A stretch of 64,000 bases of DNA from Thermodesulfobium acidiphilum (GTDB lineage: Bacteria > Thermodesulfobiota > Thermodesulfobiia > Thermodesulfobiales > Thermodesulfobiaceae). Location: positions 270,100 to 334,099 of the forward strand of contig NZ_CP020921.1 of assembly GCF_003057965.1 (NCBI RefSeq), given 5' to 3'. Position numbers and translations under genes: made by a program. Shown here piece after piece: positions 60,655-64,000 of this stretch (position 1 is its first letter; every line of letters starts with the position of its first letter). The notes beneath the pieces were generated by a model. The model ran no database searches. It was not told where the DNA came from and was given only the letters and a program-made list of their open reading frames with translations.

Positions 60655-63082
60655 TGCTACTCCTCGTTGATACAAGCTCTTGAGTATTTTTGAATACAAA
60701 TTCACATGAATCGTAATCAACTTCTATAGAATCGCACTGCTTGATTGAACCCTCTATAATTTTGTCAGCGATTGGGTCCTCTATTTTCTTTTGAATCAAT
60801 CTTTTTAGAGGTCTAGCACCGAACTTTGGATCATATCCTTCCTTTGCCAGTTGATTAATAACTCTTTCGGAGAACGTTATATCTATCAGGTTGGATTTTA
60901 GTTTTTCTTTTACGTTTTCTAACATCTTTTTTGTAATGTTCACCATGTCTTCTTGTGTTAAAGAATTGAAAATAATTATCTCGTCTATCCTGTTTAAGAA
61001 TTCTGGCCTGAAGGTATCTTTTAATTCTCTTTGAATCTGGCTTTTTAGTTTTTCATAGTCAAGCGAATTTGAGCTTGCTAGAAAACCAGGAGAACCTTCC
61101 TTTAGCATGTGCGTTCCTAAATTTGAAGTCATTATAAGTATGGTATTCTTGAAGTTTACCGTTCTGCCCTTACCGTCAGTTAATCTTCCGTCGTCCAAAA
61201 TTTGTAACAAGAGATTAAAAACATCTGGATGTGCCTTTTCTATTTCATCAAACAATATAACTGACGAAGGTCTCCTTCTGACGGCATCTGTTAGCTGGCC
61301 TCCCTCCGTATATCCTACATAACCAGGAGGTGCGCCAATTAATCTTGATACGGTATGCTTTTCCATATATTCAGACATATCGAATCTCAAAAGAGATTCT
61401 TCGCTACCAAATAAATATTCTGCCAGCGTTTTTGCAAGTTCTGTTTTTCCAACGCCCGTTGGTCCTAAAAACAAGAAAGAACCGAGTGGCTTTTTGGGAT
61501 CTTGAAGCCCAGCTCTTGTTCTTCTTAACGTCTTTGCAATTGAGACTACAGCCTCATCTTGTGAAACAATTCTTGTGTGCAAGGCTGCCTCCAGGTTTAA
61601 TAACTTTTTCATTTCTGATTCTGTAAGTTTTTTTAACTCGATGCCAGTCCACTCGCTAACCACTTCAGCTATGTCCTCTTCTGTTACTACTTTGACCTCA
61701 AGAGCGTTAACTTCTTCTTGATTGGTAAAATCAGATATTTCGTTTCTTATCTTTTGTTCATTATCTCTCAGGGTTGCGGCTTTCTCAAAATCTTGCATCT
61801 TTATAACATTTTCTTTTTCTTCAATAACGTTTTCCAACTTTTTATAAAGCTCTTTCCATGATTCTGATGTCACTGGTTCTTTGAGTTTAACCTTTGCTGA
61901 GGCCTCATCAAGAATGTCAATTGCCTTATCCGGGAGAAACCTATCGGAGATGTATCTTTTGGCAAGCTTAACGGACGAAGTAATTGCATCCTCAGTAATT
62001 TTTACTCCATGGTGTGCTTCATACTTTTCTTTTAAGCCAAAGAGTATCTGAATAGCCTCTTCTTGGGTGGGTTCTTCTACGTGTATGGGATGAAATCTTC
62101 TTTCAAGACCTGCATCCTTTTCAAGATGCTTTCTGTAGTCCTCTACCGTGGTTGCTCCAATACACTGGATTTCACCTCTCGCAAGGGCGGGTTTAAGTAT
62201 ATTTGCTGCATCTACCGCACCTTCTGCTGCTCCTGCTCCAACAATTGTGTGTAATTCGTCTATAAAGAGTATTATATTTCCAGCATTTTTTATCTCTTCA
62301 GTTATCTTTTTTAATCTATCTTCAAATTCACCGCGATACTTTGTGCCGGCTATTAATAATCCTAAATCAAGAGAAATCAGACGCTTCTTCCTTAATATTG
62401 GTGGAACGCTGTTGTCTACAATTGCTTGTGCAAGCCCCTCTACTATAGCTGTTTTTCCTACGCCTGGATCTCCTATTAGAACAGGATTATTTTTTGTCCT
62501 TCTGCACATTATCTGGATTAGCCTTCTTATCTCTTTATTTCTACCTATTACGGGATCAAGCTTTTTTTCACGAGCTAATGCTGTAAGATCTCTTCCGAAT
62601 TCATTCAAAAGTGGAGTTCGCCCTGATTCTTTGCTCTTTATTACAGAACCTCCAGATATTATTTGAATAATCTGGCTTCTAACCTTTCCAATGTCCATGT
62701 TAAAAGATTTTAAAACTCTTGCGCCTATTCCTTCTCCTTCTCGAAGCAACCCCAGAAGGATATGTTCAGTACCGATGTGATTGTGCCCCAGGAGCCTTGC
62801 CTCTTCCCAGGAGAGTTCAAGTACTCTTTTTGCCCTTGGCGTGAAAGGAATTTCTGATATAAGCGTGCCGCCGCCACGGCCTATAAGCCTTTCTACTTCA
62901 CGTCTTATATCTTGAGGTTCAATGTCCATTGAAGTAATAACTTTGTTAGCTATTCCTGTACCTTCAGCCAAGAGACCTAAAAGTATATGTTCAGTACCGA
63001 CAAAATTATGGCCTAAGCGCTTGGCTTCTTCCTGGGCAAGGATTATAGCCTTGGCTGCCTTTTCGGTAAACTTTTCAAACAT
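60644..63082 (-). CDS. clpC: ATP-dependent Clp protease ATP-binding subunit ClpC
   Basis: Two Clp-N repeats (GTEHILLGL), GDPGVGKT, UVR middle domain, GPTGVGKTE, PGF ClpP-docking loop. Confidence 0.96.
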   Translation of the reverse strand: MFEKFTEKAAKAIILAQEEAKRLGHNFVGTEHILLGLLAEGTGIANKVITSMDIEPQDIRREVERLIGRGGGTLISEIPFTPRAKRVLELSWEEARLLGHNHIGTEHILLGLLREGEGIGARVLKSFNMDIGKVRSQIIQIISGGSVIKSKESGRTPLLNEFGRDLTALAREKKLDPVIGRNKEIRRLIQIMCRRTKNNPVLIGDPGVGKTAIVEGLAQAIVDNSVPPILRKKRLISLDLGLLIAGTKYRGEFEDRLKKITEEIKNAGNIILFIDELHTIVGAGAAEGAVDAANILKPALARGEIQCIGATTVEDYRKHLEKDAGLERRFHPIHVEEPTQEEAIQILFGLKEKYEAHHGVKITEDAITSSVKLAKRYISDRFLPDKAIDILDEASAKVKLKEPVTSESWKELYKKLENVIEEKENVIKMQDFEKAATLRDNEQKIRNEISDFTNQEEVNALEVKVVTEEDIAEVVSEWTGIELKKLTESEMKKLLNLEAALHTRIVSQDEAVVSIAKTLRRTRAGLQDPKKPLGSFLFLGPTGVGKTELAKTLAEYLFGSEESLLRFDMSEYMEKHTVSRLIGAPPGYVGYTEGGQLTDAVRRRPSSVILFDEIEKAHPDVFNLLLQILDDGRLTDGKGRTVNFKNTILIMTSNLGTHMLKEGSPGFLASSNSLDYEKLKSQIQRELKDTFRPEFLNRIDEIIIFNSLTQEDMVNITKKMLENVKEKLKSNLIDITFSERVINQLAKEGYDPKFGARPLKRLIQKKIEDPIADKIIEGSIKQCDSIEVDYDSCEFVFKNTQELVSTRSSNSK

Positions 63083-63311
63083 TTTAGACCTCCAGAGTGA
63101 AATTAAATTTTTCTTAATATATCATATATTATACTATGTTTATTAACATTTAGTTAGAAAATTGCCTTTATTTTTATTAGATAATTTTAAAATTTTGCCA
63201 ACAATTTTTATTTTTTATTTTGAGGCTAACTTTAATTGCAGGTTTTTTATGATATATAATATTCTTTAAAAAATTAAATTTTTACTAAAAAATTGAAAAG
63301 AGGTTGATACT

Positions 63312-64000
63312 TTGAGAATTTTAGTTACTGGAGCAGCGGGCTTTATAGGTTCTAATTTAGTTAAGGCTCTTGAAAATCACTTTCCTACTTATGAAATATA
63401 TGCTTTAGATGACTTTTCTTCTGGAGGTCATTTTAAAAATCTTCTGGGTTTTAAAGGAGAAGTGATAACTGCCGACATTTCTCTCAAAGAAGTCTGGGAA
63501 AGGTTAAAGAGCTATAGATTTGACGTTATTTTCCACGAAGGTGCTATATCTGACACAAGGGTCTTAGATCAAGGTTTAGTTATGAGAGTAAATGCAGAGT
63601 CATTTAAATATTTGCTTGATCTAGCAAAGTGTTCTAAATCAAAGGTGATCTATGCATCAAGCGCTGCAGTTTATGGAAATTCACCTGCGCCGCAAAAAGA
63701 AGATGAAGGCCTGGTGCCAGAAAACGTTTATGGTTTTTCAAAATATGCAATGGATATGATTGCGCTTAAGTTTATGAAAATAAATCCTGATATCCAGGTT
63801 TGCGGTATGAGGTACTTTAACGTGTATGGTCCAGGTGAGGATTTTAAAGGTGAATATGCAAGTATGATAAGGCAAATGTTTATGAGAATTAAAAAGGGGC
63901 AAAACCCAAGATTGTTTAAATATGGTGAGCAAAAAAGGGATTTTGTGTATATAAAAGACGTAGTAAATGCAAACATAAAAGCCATGGAAAGTGACGTATC
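63312..64000 (+). CDS. rfaD: ADP-L-glycero-D-manno-heptose 6-epimerase, 5' part (truncated by the window edge)
   Basis: Not in the ORF track. Manual translation from TTG 63312: MRILVTGAAGFIGSN..GHFKNL..FHEGAISDT..YASSAAVYG..PENVYGFSK..RYFNVYGPGE..GEQKRDFVY. Confidence 0.88.
   Translation, partial: MRILVTGAAGFIGSNLVKALENHFPTYEIYALDDFSSGGHFKNLLGFKGEVITADISLKEVWERLKSYRFDVIFHEGAISDTRVLDQGLVMRVNAESFKYLLDLAKCSKSKVIYASSAAVYGNSPAPQKEDEGLVPENVYGFSKYAMDMIALKFMKINPDIQVCGMRYFNVYGPGEDFKGEYASMIRQMFMRIKKGQNPRLFKYGEQKRDFVYIKDVVNANIKAMESDV

Noticed and set aside
63728..63985. Two minus-strand ORFs
   Set aside because: Antisense to rfaD

Overview
A 64 kb, AT-rich, densely coding bacterial chromosome segment, mostly housekeeping. 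Gene content and rRNA look like a deep-branching thermophilic anaerobe, possibly Thermodesulfobium-like (my impression only; needs a 16S search). From left to right it holds: the mfd 5' end, pth, an argA-like GNAT, acpS, infC-rpmI-rplT, cstA, a nifV-like gene, a minimal sufC-sufB (SMS-type) pair with panC-csaB-tagA-pyrK, tRNA-Lys and tadA, an internally deleted IS remnant, a secreted 36-aa-repeat protein with an NlpC/P60 gene, manC, an O-antigen-ligase/TPR protein, mtaD, a type IV pilus operon (pilB-pilT-pilC-pilin), gltX, an archaeal-type GAPN-like dehydrogenase, ogg, one complete rRNA operon (16S-tRNA-Ala-23S-short 5S), a diguanylate cyclase, a tightly coupled polyphosphate cluster (degenerate Ppx, Ppk1, Ppx, CYTH-CHAD, WD40, TPR), tRNA-Ser, clpC-radA-disA and the rfaD 5' end. 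The best leads are the polyP cluster with a pseudo-Ppx and scaffold proteins, three genes apparently starting at ATT/ATA, sigma28-type promoters at the pilin and CYTH-CHAD genes, the 36-aa repeat protein, the GAPN-like enzyme and the truncated 5S helix IV. No CRISPR array or prophage was seen. All product calls are from motif recognition, not database searches.
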